From Thermoproteota archaeon (GTDB lineage Archaea > Asgardarchaeota > Njordarchaeia > Njordarchaeales > Panguiarchaeaceae), in assembly GCA_024720975.1 (NCBI GenBank), contig JANJXX010000003.1, forward strand, positions 1 through 64,000: 64,000 nt of DNA. The letters run 5' to 3'. This document shows, in pieces, positions 17,174-27,184 of this stretch. Position 1 is the stretch's first letter, and each line of letters starts with the position of its first letter. Position numbers and translations under genes: made by a program. The notes below the pieces were generated by a model. It worked only from the letters and a program-made list of their open reading frames with translations, had not been told where the DNA came from and made no database searches.

Positions 17174-19159
17174 CTATTCTTTGTTAGTGCTACTTGATGC
17201 CGTAGGTAGCACTGAAGGGGCTTGAACTAAGAGTGCATCTATCATCGAGATTATCTGCTTGGGCTCGTTGTTAGTAAGTATTATTGCACCCGATGGGCAT
17301 GCTGCAGCACAAGTACCGCAGCCTTCGCAAGCTGCATCAATGATCTTAGCTCCCTCTGGTGTCATTTCGATAGCGTGATATGGACATAATTGTACACATA
17401 CTCCGCATCTAGAGCACGGCTCTTTGTTCACTCTTGCTATCAGGGGCTCCCTCTCTATGTAATCTTTGGAGAGAATTTCTACTGCTTTCTTTGCTGCTGC
17501 ACTGGCTTGCGCTACAGAGTCCTGTATATCTTTAGGACCTTGTGCCACTCCCGCTAGGAATATTCCTTTTATTGGCGATTCTACCGGTGCCAACTTTGGA
17601 TGTAGTTCTTGTAGAAAGCCGTTTTCATCCAGTGGTATCCTAAGCACATTTGCTATCTCTTTTGTATTGGGTACTATTCCTGTTGCCAGAACAACCATAT
17701 CAAATGGGAGGGTCATTGGTTTTCCAGTTATTGTATCAACCGCATGCACTATTAATTGATCTCCTTTTTGAACTATCTTTGAAACTCTTCCACGGATGTA
17801 TTTCACCCTACCCTCTTGCTGAACTCTCATGATGAATTCCTCATATTTCTTTCCTGCAGCCCTTATATCAATGTAGAATATGTATGCCTCACCATCAGGC
17901 ACCAAGTGCTTGTATAAAAAGGCGTGTTTGGCCGTGTACATACAACATATTCTAGAGCAGTAAGGTAAATGCTGAAGGTCTCTCGATCCAACACACTGAA
18001 TAAATGCTATCCTCTTGGGAATTTTACCATCACTGGGTCTTCTAAGTTCGCCTCCTGTTGGTCCTGTAGACGATATTAACCTCTCAAATTGAAGGGAATC
18101 TATAACATCCTCCAGTCTTCCGTAACCGTATTCTCCAATTTTTTCCTTTGGATATAAATCGTAGCCAGTTGCGACAATTATCGCTCCCACGTCCTCTTCA
18201 ATAATCTCCTCCTTGTCAAAGAGGTTTATCGCCTTTTGTTCACATACCTTCGCACATTCATTGCAGCGAGCTGTTCCAACACCGTGACAATGACTGGCGT
18301 CTATAACGTAAGCTGCAGGAATTGCTTGCGGGAAGGGTATGTATATCGCTTTTCTCACGGTTAGGGACCGGTTATAGTCCTTATCAAGAACTATCTGTGG
18401 GCAGACTTTTTCGCATTCACCACACATGTTACAGGCTCCTATATCAACATATCTGGGATTCTTTCGGATCTTGACCTTAAAGTTACCAATTGAGCCGCTT
18501 ACTTCTATAACCTCAGAGAGAGTATATATTTTAATGTTTGGATTTCGTGCGACCTCGGCCATTTTGGGTGTTAGAATACATTGAGCACAATCAAGCGTTG
18601 GAAAGGTTTCAGATAGCTGTGCCATTCTGCCACCTATCGTTGGGGACTTCTCGACAAGTATTACTTCAAATCCGTTATTGGCTACATCTAGGGCAGCTTG
18701 TATTCCAGCTATGCCTCCGCCTATGACTAAACACTTTTTCTTTACACTGCTTCTAACTTTCTCTAGGGGTTGGTCTCCAGCAACCTTGTTTACAGCACTC
18801 CACATGATTCCCAATGCCTTTTTAGTAGCTTCATTTACATCATCATGAACCCAACTATTCTGCTCCCTTATATTCGCCATCTCAACCTTGTACGGATTTA
18901 ACCCAGCACTGACGGCCGCAGTTCTGAATGTCTCTAGATGCATACTTGGCGAACAAGCAGCAACAACAATACCCGTTAGCCCATGTTTCTTTATGGCCTC
19001 ACGAATGATATTTTGTCCAACACTTGAGCACATATATTTGTACTCTTCAGCGTGGACTACAAGCGGATGTTTTCTTATTTTATCAACAACTTCCTTGACA
19101 TTGACTGCCCCAGCTATGTTTCTTCCGCAGTGACAAACAAATACTCCTATTCTCTCCAA
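17174..19159 (-). CDS. hdrA: Heterodisulfide reductase flavoprotein subunit A
   Basis: IGVFVCHCG, CS…ACSP, GGGIAG, TFPTLDCAQC, inserted and C-terminal ferredoxin motifs, IQCVGSRD, CSRICCMY. Confidence 0.95.
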   Translation of the reverse strand: MERIGVFVCHCGRNIAGAVNVKEVVDKIRKHPLVVHAEEYKYMCSSVGQNIIREAIKKHGLTGIVVAACSPSMHLETFRTAAVSAGLNPYKVEMANIREQNSWVHDDVNEATKKALGIMWSAVNKVAGDQPLEKVRSSVKKKCLVIGGGIAGIQAALDVANNGFEVILVEKSPTIGGRMAQLSETFPTLDCAQCILTPKMAEVARNPNIKIYTLSEVIEVSGSIGNFKVKIRKNPRYVDIGACNMCGECEKVCPQIVLDKDYNRSLTVRKAIYIPFPQAIPAAYVIDASHCHGVGTARCNECAKVCEQKAINLFDKEEIIEEDVGAIIVATGYDLYPKEKIGEYGYGRLEDVIDSLQFERLISSTGPTGGELRRPSDGKIPKRIAFIQCVGSRDLQHLPYCSRICCMYTAKHAFLYKHLVPDGEAYIFYIDIRAAGKKYEEFIMRVQQEGRVKYIRGRVSKIVQKGDQLIVHAVDTITGKPMTLPFDMVVLATGIVPNTKEIANVLRIPLDENGFLQELHPKLAPVESPIKGIFLAGVAQGPKDIQDSVAQASAAAKKAVEILSKDYIEREPLIARVNKEPCSRCGVCVQLCPYHAIEMTPEGAKIIDAACEGCGTCAAACPSGAIILTNNEPKQIISMIDALLVQAPSVLPTASSSTNKE

Positions 19160-19161
19160 TC

Positions 19162-20040
19162 TTATCCCTCCTTTCCGACCATTCTATCTAATAGGTTCTT
19201 AATTTCTGGTTCGAGCGCATCATCTAATCCAAAAGCATAGGCTATAAGTTCAGAAACGTAAAGAATTGGTAGCTCAAGGCCTCTAAGCTCTTTTCTTCTT
19301 CTCTTCTGGCCCTCCTCAAGATTATACGCACATAGTGGGCATGTGGTCACAATGAGCTTTGCACCATAGTCACTAGCGGACTTAACGATCTCCTTCGCTC
19401 TATCCCAAACGTATTCTGGTGCGCTGACAACATTAAAACTTCCGCAACACTCATTTCTATATGGGTAATCGACTGGATTTGCATTGAGCCTTAGCAGCAG
19501 TTCCTCTATAATTACTGGATCTTCCGGATCATCTATTGCAACCTCTCTGGGTCTGAGAATCAAACAACCATAGAATGATGCTACGTTTAATCCTTTCAGG
19601 TTTCTTTTGACCTTATCTCTTATTTTATCATACCCGAGGATATCACGCAGAATCTCCAGAAAATGCATTATTCTCAGTTTTCCCTCATAGTTAGAGGGTT
19701 CGTCGGATAGGAATGCATTTAATTTCTGGGCTGCATCTGGATCATTCTTGTATAGGTTGTCCGCCATTTTAAGGACGTGATTACACATAGAGCATAAAGT
19801 CAGAAGGATGTTCTCTGTATTACTCTTTTTCATTGTTAGTTCTGACCTTATGAGAGTTCTTATGGAAGCGACAGCTTGGATCACTGTATCTTTAGGTAGA
19901 TTGTAGGTCGCACCGCAACAAATCCAGTTTTCGACTTCAATGGGCTCTATACCTAGTACTCTTAATACCTGCAGTGATGCTTTTTCGTCTCTCAATGCTG
20001 TCGCTTTAACTGTGCATCCAGGGTAGTACAGAATCCTCAT
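19162..20040 (-). CDS. hdrB: Heterodisulfide reductase subunit B (two CCG domains)
   Basis: YYPGC…CCGA…CSMC and FYGC…CCGS…CPLC. Confidence 0.93.
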   Translation of the reverse strand: MRILYYPGCTVKATALRDEKASLQVLRVLGIEPIEVENWICCGATYNLPKDTVIQAVASIRTLIRSELTMKKSNTENILLTLCSMCNHVLKMADNLYKNDPDAAQKLNAFLSDEPSNYEGKLRIMHFLEILRDILGYDKIRDKVKRNLKGLNVASFYGCLILRPREVAIDDPEDPVIIEELLLRLNANPVDYPYRNECCGSFNVVSAPEYVWDRAKEIVKSASDYGAKLIVTTCPLCAYNLEEGQKRRRKELRGLELPILYVSELIAYAFGLDDALEPEIKNLLDRMVGKEG

Positions 20041-20049
20041 ATAATCACC

Positions 20050-20415
20050 TCATGTGTACTTCCTACCAGCGGCAACTAGGGCTATCGGAGGAAGCTTCTC
20101 TAGATCCTCAACTTTTCTTAGATCAATTGTTTGTTGTTGGGCTCTAACCTTAATTGTTCTAAGTCCTTCCATAATTCTGGCGACGTCAAGATTTCGCGGA
20201 CATCTGACTGAGCAAGTGAAGCATGTGGCGCATATCCATATAGATTTTGCATTGAGTGCATTCATATCATTTAGTTGAACCATATGGATTACTTGGTAGG
20301 GAAGATGGTCCATTTTATCTGCCATCGGACAACCAGCACCACATTTGCCACAGAAATAGCATAAATATACATCTTCTCCCGTTATCTCAAGGATTTTATC
20401 TGCCAGATTTGTCAT
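20050..20415 (-). CDS. hdrC: Heterodisulfide reductase subunit C
   Basis: CYFCGKCGAGCP and IWICATCFTCSVRCPR. Confidence 0.92.
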   Translation of the reverse strand: MTNLADKILEITGEDVYLCYFCGKCGAGCPMADKMDHLPYQVIHMVQLNDMNALNAKSIWICATCFTCSVRCPRNLDVARIMEGLRTIKVRAQQQTIDLRKVEDLEKLPPIALVAAGRKYT

Positions 20416-20972
20416 TTCTTTTCACTCTCCACAAGCTTCCTACCATATTCATATCCTACTTCAAAGGCTCTCACGTTTAAATCTACATATCGACCTCTTA
20501 CCCCTTCTATAACGCTCCTCTTTACAGTCTCCTTATCGATTAAGTTAGATATTGCCGTGAATGCACCTATCATTACAATGTTGGCAACAATCCTCCTACC
20601 GACGCTTTCAGCCATTTTTGTGGCTGGAACTGCATAAATCTTTGCTTTTTTAGCTCTTTCGTCAAGTGTTACAAGATCATTGTCATATATAAGAACTCCA
20701 CCAGGCTTCAATAGATCTATGTATGAGTCATAAGCCTCTTGATACATAACTATTAGATAATCTGCATTTCTAACTAGTGGACAATCTACTTCCCTCTCAC
20801 AATCAATGACAACTCTAGAGGCGCATCTACCTCCTCTTGCTTCTGGACCGTAACTTGGAAGATATGTTGAATTATATCCTCTCAACATTGCGGCGTTTCC
20901 GAGTATCCAACCGGCGAGCAGTATTCCCTGTCCTCCGAATCCTCCAATCAGAATTTCTATCCTACTCATCAT
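20412..20972 (-). CDS. korC: 2-oxoacid:ferredoxin oxidoreductase gamma subunit
   Basis: GFGGQGILLAG, SYGPEARGG, ANIVMIGA, NVRAFEVG. Confidence 0.92.
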   Translation of the reverse strand: MMSRIEILIGGFGGQGILLAGWILGNAAMLRGYNSTYLPSYGPEARGGRCASRVVIDCEREVDCPLVRNADYLIVMYQEAYDSYIDLLKPGGVLIYDNDLVTLDERAKKAKIYAVPATKMAESVGRRIVANIVMIGAFTAISNLIDKETVKRSVIEGVRGRYVDLNVRAFEVGYEYGRKLVESEKK

Positions 20973-22414
20973 GATCGCCCTATTGTTTTTATAAGTTCTC
21001 CGTTTGAGTTGTAAATGCTAACATAAACCCTTATTCCGCCTGGAATGCTATGTGTCGAACACGCTAAGCATGGATCATAAGCCCTAAACGCCATTTCTAT
21101 CATGTTTAATACTTTGTCATCGAATTTACCAGCTGTTAGAAGCTTTGAGGCAACCTTCTTTATGTCTAGGTTTATTGATGAATTATTCATTGTTGTAGGG
21201 ATTATCAAATTCACTTTAGTAGTTATTCCTCGCTCATCCGCCTCGTAATGATGTATTAAGAGACCACGAGGAGCTTCAACCACTCCGACGCCAAAGCCAC
21301 TGAATTTACCATCATAGTTTACGACATCCCTAGACAACAATTCGCTATCCTCCACAAGCTCAAACATTCTTTCAGCTGCATACACCATCTCTATAGCCCT
21401 AGCGAAATGATATGCCATCGTATGATGAGCAGGTTTTCCAAAGGTTTCTACGAATTGTTTGTAGTACTCTTGTGCTTTCTCTGTTGCAAAGCCGTTGGAG
21501 GCGTTCAACCTGCCCAAAGGACCAACTCTATATATTCCGCTACTCGTATCAATTCCCCTCCACCCAATCTTTTTCAGATATGGCATCTTTGTGTAGCTCC
21601 ATTCAACAACTTTTTCTCCGATGTAATCTAGATAATCTTTGGGCTCGAAGACAAAGGCCTCGTTTCCTTTCTTATCAACAACTCTAATCCTACCATCGTA
21701 GAAGTTCAACTTATTATTCTTATCCACGAGACCTGCGTAATATGTTTCCAGATGATAGTAATCCCCAAAGATTATGTCCTTATACTCACTCCTTTGCAGA
21801 ATTCCATTGAGAAGCTCAACAGTCTCCGTCGAGAACTTAAGAAGCTCCTTTGCATAATTCCTAATTTCCTCGACCTCCTCCTTGGAGAGAGATTTACTTA
21901 CGCCGCCGGGAATCGCAGTCACAGGGTGTATGGCTTTTCCTCCGATAATTTCCTCAATCCTAACAATTTTATCTCTCATCTCAAGAACTTTCTTAACCAA
22001 TTCAGGATTACTTTTGTATAGACCTACTAAACTCCGCTCTCGCCTGGGAGCGCCTGGTGACAGAGCAAAATCTGGTAGTGCTAATGCGTATAGATGAACT
22101 GAGTGACTGTCTAATATATGTGCGCAATAACCCAGTTCCCTTATTTTCTTAGCAGCAGGCGTAGGTTCTCTGCCAAATACCATGTCGACGGCCTTTGCTG
22201 ATGCCATGTGATGAGCCCATGGACAGACTCCACAGATTCTGGTTACTATTCCTGGTAGTTCTTCTACGGGTCTTCCAACGCAGAATTTCTCGAAGCCTCT
22301 AAACTCGAGTACTTGAAAGAATGTATCCTTTACTTTCCCTTTTTCATCCAGAAATATCTTTATCTCAGCTTCTCCTTCAAGCCTTGTCGCCGGACTGATT
22401 TTAATTATGCTCAT
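20969..22414 (-). CDS. mvhA: F420-non-reducing [NiFe] hydrogenase large subunit (group 3c)
   Basis: TRLEG, RGFEKF, RICGVC, EAPRG, RAYDPCLACSTH plus a C-terminal extension. Confidence 0.94.
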   Translation of the reverse strand: MSIIKISPATRLEGEAEIKIFLDEKGKVKDTFFQVLEFRGFEKFCVGRPVEELPGIVTRICGVCPWAHHMASAKAVDMVFGREPTPAAKKIRELGYCAHILDSHSVHLYALALPDFALSPGAPRRERSLVGLYKSNPELVKKVLEMRDKIVRIEEIIGGKAIHPVTAIPGGVSKSLSKEEVEEIRNYAKELLKFSTETVELLNGILQRSEYKDIIFGDYYHLETYYAGLVDKNNKLNFYDGRIRVVDKKGNEAFVFEPKDYLDYIGEKVVEWSYTKMPYLKKIGWRGIDTSSGIYRVGPLGRLNASNGFATEKAQEYYKQFVETFGKPAHHTMAYHFARAIEMVYAAERMFELVEDSELLSRDVVNYDGKFSGFGVGVVEAPRGLLIHHYEADERGITTKVNLIIPTTMNNSSINLDIKKVASKLLTAGKFDDKVLNMIEMAFRAYDPCLACSTHSIPGGIRVYVSIYNSNGELIKTIGRS

Positions 22415-23400
22415 TCTCTCCTCACCATTCTAACCAAGCGGCTCAAACCCAGTGTGAATCTATAAAATAATCCTGCTGGGTCCATGATTGTAACTCTCTT
22501 GGATAATTCATCATCTGAGAGCTTAGGTTCATTCTCTATTTCCACCAATGACGGTAAAGCACTAACAAGCTTAGCTCCAACATCGTATATATTCGGAGCC
22601 GGGCCCATACAGCCTCTACAAGGCATATTAGCCTTTATGCATGGTGAACCGCATCCACCTCTAGTAGCTGGACCAAGGCATATAGCTCCTTGAGCCAAGA
22701 AACACTTGCTCGGATCTAACCTTACTTCGTGAATCCTCTTAAATCTATCTATGACTATTTTCTCGGGCTTTTCCCTCGGGCACTCATCACAAAGAGTTCT
22801 TGTCCCAGCAATGACTGTTCCCTTTTCTAGACTTATTCTCCCCTCAAAGTACTTGATAAGCTTGTTTACAGCCTCTGAAATTATCTCCTTAGGCGGCGGA
22901 CAACCTGGCACGTATACATCAACATCAATAAAATCATCGACTTTATAATTAATCTCAACGAGTTTGGGAGCGGTAATTTTATATGGATTTGCCTTGCTTT
23001 CACCTGGGAGTATCCTTTCCTCGTTGATAGTTGATGGTGACTTTAAGTAGGCTTCATTAAGAACCTCTTCAAGCTTGTATAAATCGGCAAGACTTTGCAC
23101 TCCACCAAAGCATGCACATGCACCAAATGCAACTTTAATCTTAGCCTTGCTAGCAACTCTTTCTATGATCTCCTTGTGTTTTTCTGTTCTGATGCTTCCC
23201 TGGAAGAGTGCTATGTCTATGCTTTCTAACTCATCGAGATCTTCTTCCTTAAAATCCATTGCTATGGGCCAGAAAACTATATCAGCCAGGCCAATAACAT
23301 CAATTAAGTTCTTATGCAGATCAACTAGTGCCATGTCACAACCGCCGCAAACTTCTCCAGGAACGACAGCTATCTTGAGCTTTCTACTCATGTTTATCAC
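22411..23400 (-). CDS. mvhG: F420-non-reducing hydrogenase small subunit
   Basis: CGGC, FGACAC, PGCPP, CDEC, CFL…CLGPATRGGC, MPCRGC. Confidence 0.93.
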   Translation of the reverse strand: MINMSRKLKIAVVPGEVCGGCDMALVDLHKNLIDVIGLADIVFWPIAMDFKEEDLDELESIDIALFQGSIRTEKHKEIIERVASKAKIKVAFGACACFGGVQSLADLYKLEEVLNEAYLKSPSTINEERILPGESKANPYKITAPKLVEINYKVDDFIDVDVYVPGCPPPKEIISEAVNKLIKYFEGRISLEKGTVIAGTRTLCDECPREKPEKIVIDRFKRIHEVRLDPSKCFLAQGAICLGPATRGGCGSPCIKANMPCRGCMGPAPNIYDVGAKLVSALPSLVEIENEPKLSDDELSKRVTIMDPAGLFYRFTLGLSRLVRMVRRE

Positions 23401-23821
23401 CTAAGGGACCAAGTTTCCTTATCTCTTCAGTAAATTCTCTAGCCACCTCGGCAAACTTTTTGCCTTCCGTAGCAGAAATCCATTCAAGCCTGATTCTCTG
23501 TGGCTCTATACCAATCTGCCTTAGGAGTTCTTTCATAACAGAAACTCTTTTCAAGGCCTTGAAATTACCCCTAAGGAAGTGACAATCACTAGGAGTGTGG
23601 CATCCTCCTATCAGTACACCATCCGCTCCCATTTCAAAAGCCCTAACAATAAACTGCATGTCGACACTTCCAGAGCATGGAACTGTTATAGGAAGGATGT
23701 TAGCTGGATACTTCAGCCTGCTAACACCAGCAAGGTCGGCGCCGGCTGATGCACAATACTTGCACAGGAATGCAATTATCTTAGGCTCCCAATTCTTATT
23801 CCTCTCTTCCATTAAAAACAC
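23384..23821 (-). CDS. mvhD: Hydrogenase [2Fe-2S] adaptor subunit
   Basis: FLCKYC, ADLAG, VPCSG, GADGVLIGGCH…DCHF, RLEWISA. Confidence 0.94.
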   Translation of the reverse strand: MFLMEERNKNWEPKIIAFLCKYCASAGADLAGVSRLKYPANILPITVPCSGSVDMQFIVRAFEMGADGVLIGGCHTPSDCHFLRGNFKALKRVSVMKELLRQIGIEPQRIRLEWISATEGKKFAEVAREFTEEIRKLGPLGDKHE

Positions 23822-23842
23822 CTAAGGACTAAAGTTGAGGAC

Positions 23843-24700
23843 TTATTGCAGATCACTTCTCCTTAATTCTTTCTGTGCTATTTCAATCAGTCGCCTTATC
23901 CTATCATCAAATGACTCCTTCCCTTCAATCTTAACAAACTCTCCTATTATAAATTTCTTACCCCATACAATATCTGCTTCACGAGGATCTGGATTTTTAA
24001 CATAAACCGCATTTTCTTTGAGATATCTGAGGTTGTCGAGAGGGTCTGGAAGGGCATTCCTTCGTCCAAAATCTGTTGGGCAGGTAGATATAACCTCTAT
24101 GACTCTAAAGCCCTTCATTTGAAATGCTGTTTTGATACTTTCAGTAAGATTACGCAAATGATACACTGTCCACCTAGCAACATAAACTGCACCACTTGCT
24201 GCGGCCAGCCAGACGGCATTAAATGGTGGCTCAGTGTAGTTTCCATATGGCGTAGTTGTTGTTCTCACGCCTTCTGGTGTTGTTGGTCCCACTTGTCCTC
24301 CGGTCATACCATAGTTAAAGTTATTCACTAATATCACTAGTATGTCGACGTTTCTCCTCGCAGCATGTATAAAGTGATTTCCTCCTATTGCTAGTAGATC
24401 ACCATCACCAGAAATTACCACTACATGCAGGTCTGGTCTAGCTAATTTAAGACCCATAGCAAATGGTATTGGTCTACCATGCGTCGTATGAAAGCCATCG
24501 TAGGCCCAGTAACCACTCGCACGCCCGGAGCAGCCAATTCCAGAAACAATCACAACTTTCTTTGGATCAATATTTAACTCCTCTATTGCCTTTGCAAATG
24601 CATTAAATATCATCCCCATACCGCAACCAGAGCACCATATGTGGGGGAGTCTTTCTGATCGGACAAATTTTTCTATAGGATGTACTAGCGCCGTGATCAT
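23843..24700 (-). CDS. korB: 2-oxoacid:ferredoxin oxidoreductase beta subunit (TPP)
   Basis: WCSGCG, GIGCS, HTTHGR, SGDGD…IGGNH, NNFNYGMTGGQ, CPT. Confidence 0.94.
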   Translation of the reverse strand: MITALVHPIEKFVRSERLPHIWCSGCGMGMIFNAFAKAIEELNIDPKKVVIVSGIGCSGRASGYWAYDGFHTTHGRPIPFAMGLKLARPDLHVVVISGDGDLLAIGGNHFIHAARRNVDILVILVNNFNYGMTGGQVGPTTPEGVRTTTTPYGNYTEPPFNAVWLAAASGAVYVARWTVYHLRNLTESIKTAFQMKGFRVIEVISTCPTDFGRRNALPDPLDNLRYLKENAVYVKNPDPREADIVWGKKFIIGEFVKIEGKESFDDRIRRLIEIAQKELRRSDLQ

Positions 24701-25852
24701 TTACTTCACCTCTAAAATTTTCCCGAGCACCTCCTCTGGGAAGATCCATCTACCACCATAATTCCCAACCCAAAAAACTTCAGACCTTCCTTTTGAAGCC
24801 CTTTCGACCTCTCGTGTTATCTGTCCTTCATTAATTTCGGCTACGATGAATTTCTTGACTTTTTTAGCGAGCTCAAAGATAACTTCATCAGGGAATGGCC
24901 AAATTGTTTTGAGCTGCAAAAAACCGACTTTTATCCCTTCCTTTCTAGCCATATCAACTGCACTCTTTGCACTTCTAGCTGCAGATCCATAGGAGACTAC
25001 AACTATATCAGCATCCTCGCACTTATACATCCTATAATCAATTATCTCATGCTTTCTCTTACGTATCTTGTCCAACAACCTTCGCACTAGTACATTTTGC
25101 ACCTCTGGATCCGCTGAGGGATATCCTCTCTCGTCATGGGTTAGGCCTGTCGATTGTATTCTGAAGCCCTCCCCAACTGGTGCCATTGGTGGAACTAAGT
25201 CGTCATCTGCCTTGTATGATAGGTAACCATTTGGATCTTTGGCAAGCTTTCTATTAATTATTATAACATCCCTTGGATCAGGAACGACAACTTTTTCATA
25301 CATGTGTGAAATGCCTTCATCAGCTAGTATTATTACTGGCGTTCTGAACTTTTCTGAGAGATTAAACGCCATTATTGTTAGATCGAAAGCCTCTTGCACA
25401 GTGCTCGGCGATAGAGCTATTATTTCATACGGACCATGAGATCCCCACTTGGCTTGCTGAACATCACCCATACCTATCATCGTTGGTATGCCCGTTGATG
25501 GACCAGCCCTTTGCACGTCCACTATTACTATTGGAACCTCCATCATTACAGCTAAACCTATGTTTTCCTGCATAAGTGAGAATCCTGGACCTGATGTAGC
25601 AGTCATTGATTTTAGTCCTCCCCACGAAGCACCGATTATCGATACTATAGAAGCTATTTCATCCTCCATCTGCACAAATATCCCTCCAACCTGAGGAAGG
25701 CGCCAAGATAGTCTTTCAGCTATTTCATTTGATGGCGTTATCGGATAGCCCGCATAGAACCTACAACCAGCAAATATTGCTGCCTCGGCTATAGCATCAT
25801 TTCCACTCCAGAAATACATCCCAGGTTTAACTTCTCCCACCAAATTCATCAT
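24701..25852 (-). CDS. korA: 2-oxoacid:ferredoxin oxidoreductase alpha subunit
   Basis: GNDAIA, YAGYPITP, QMEDEIAS, TATSGPGFSLMQE, QRAGPSTG. No fused gamma domain. Confidence 0.94.
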   Translation of the reverse strand: MMNLVGEVKPGMYFWSGNDAIAEAAIFAGCRFYAGYPITPSNEIAERLSWRLPQVGGIFVQMEDEIASIVSIIGASWGGLKSMTATSGPGFSLMQENIGLAVMMEVPIVIVDVQRAGPSTGIPTMIGMGDVQQAKWGSHGPYEIIALSPSTVQEAFDLTIMAFNLSEKFRTPVIILADEGISHMYEKVVVPDPRDVIIINRKLAKDPNGYLSYKADDDLVPPMAPVGEGFRIQSTGLTHDERGYPSADPEVQNVLVRRLLDKIRKRKHEIIDYRMYKCEDADIVVVSYGSAARSAKSAVDMARKEGIKVGFLQLKTIWPFPDEVIFELAKKVKKFIVAEINEGQITREVERASKGRSEVFWVGNYGGRWIFPEEVLGKILEVK

Positions 25853-26165
25853 CTGATTCTATCGGAACACTAAATATTGCAAAGTCAGGGCATATAAGAG
25901 AACAAAAACCGCAAGCTATACACACCTTAAGCGGGGGTTCCTCAACAACAACAGGATAATGATAACCCCTCTCATTGACATCCTCAGACTTCACAAGAAC
26001 CTTTGAAGGACAATTATCAATACAGAACCCACATTCCTTGCACCGCTCCTTGATAATATAAACCTTCCCCCTCCTTATTGGTACCCTCCTCTGCTCAATA
26101 ATCTTTATTCTCCTCTCCTCCTCGAGCTCGGCCAAACTTTTACGGAATGACATTTCAAGCACCAT
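25827..26165 (-). CDS. korD: 2-oxoacid:ferredoxin oxidoreductase delta (ferredoxin) subunit
   Basis: CKECGFCIDNCP and CIACGFCSLICPDFAI; first gene of the operon. Confidence 0.88.
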   Translation of the reverse strand: MVLEMSFRKSLAELEEERRIKIIEQRRVPIRRGKVYIIKERCKECGFCIDNCPSKVLVKSEDVNERGYHYPVVVEEPPLKVCIACGFCSLICPDFAIFSVPIESDDEFGGRS

Positions 26166-26372
26166 ACACCTTAATATATAATAACGAAGACGAAATAAAT
26201 ACAGATTTTATATACATAGACAAATACACAAGGAAAACTCAATAAATTGCCAATCCGTCAGGATTATCCTAAACAACCTTGCATGCAATATTTAATGATA
26301 ATGCTCAATAAGGAGTTTTATATAGCGCAAAAGATGCTCTCTTTTAATTAGAAAAACCGAAAGGTTAGCCTC

Positions 26373-26870
26373 ATGAAGAATGATGTAGAATCTACCACCT
26401 TAGAAGCAATCGAAGAATTTCACAAAAGATTCTACCCAGAAGCCAGAGTACAACTCCTCGGCACAGGTCCTGATGGAAGGATAGCAATATTGTTCACTGG
26501 CAACATGTGTCTCACTTGTGGTATGTCAGATTATTTTGTAGACTTCTTAGAGATACTGAAATCCCGCCTCAGCACGGAATACTGCATCGAAGACTTCAAA
26601 GAACTTGATGATGAAGGAACAGCTTGGATTGTTATCTATACTCCAGCTAGACTCGCGGGAGAGGTTAAAATGCTCCAGAAGAATTATTATCTTCGATCCA
26701 AAAGCCAAGAACAAGATAAAAACTATACCTTAAGAAAATTAAGTGCTAGGATGGTATTGCAGAGGTTTCCAATGTTGAAGGTTAGTGCTACTAGAGGTAG
26801 ACTTCGGTCTAGAAGCTACTTTGTTACAATAGTGGTAGGGTATCGGCTGATGTTGTTAAGGAGTGCATGA
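26373..26870 (+). CDS. Small CxxC protein (NifU-C-like pattern); C-terminus possibly frameshifted
   Basis: IAILFTGNMCLTCGMSDYF. The last ~65 aa look non-native, and the +1 frame gives KCSRRIIIFDPKAKNKIKTIP*. Confidence 0.55.
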   Translation: MKNDVESTTLEAIEEFHKRFYPEARVQLLGTGPDGRIAILFTGNMCLTCGMSDYFVDFLEILKSRLSTEYCIEDFKELDDEGTAWIVIYTPARLAGEVKMLQKNYYLRSKSQEQDKNYTLRKLSARMVLQRFPMLKVSATRGRLRSRSYFVTIVVGYRLMLLRSA

Positions 26871-27184
26871 TGGAATAGTTGGGAAGGTTGAGAGAAAAGT
26901 GAAGTATAATAGTGTTCAGAGTGTTCTCTCAGAATTTTTTTCCTCGAGTATGAGCTATGAAAACTTTGGTTATGTGTTTTCCGTGGATGTTTGCTTCTAA
27001 GTTTTTGGTTTTTCGCATTTTGGCATCTTATATTTTCTATTTTAAGGGCTCAATTAGCTTTGATTTTCTGTCATAAATTGTCATTATCTTACGCTTGCCT
27101 GCTCTAACCTCTTCTTTGAGCTCTCACTATTTAGAGAGGAAGAAAGTTAAAAATATAAAAAATGAAGGGAGTTAGTTGGGACTT

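Noticed and set aside
17174-23821. Methanogenesis, or selenocysteine recoding in mvh/hdr
   Set aside because: No mcr/mtr genes in the window and Mvh-Hdr is common in non-methanogens. The Sec-prone positions are Cys and the ORFs are uninterrupted.
26798-26811. TAGAC-TTCG-GTCTA cUUCGg hairpin
   Set aside because: A 5-bp stem only, with no larger structure visible; expected by chance in 64 kb.
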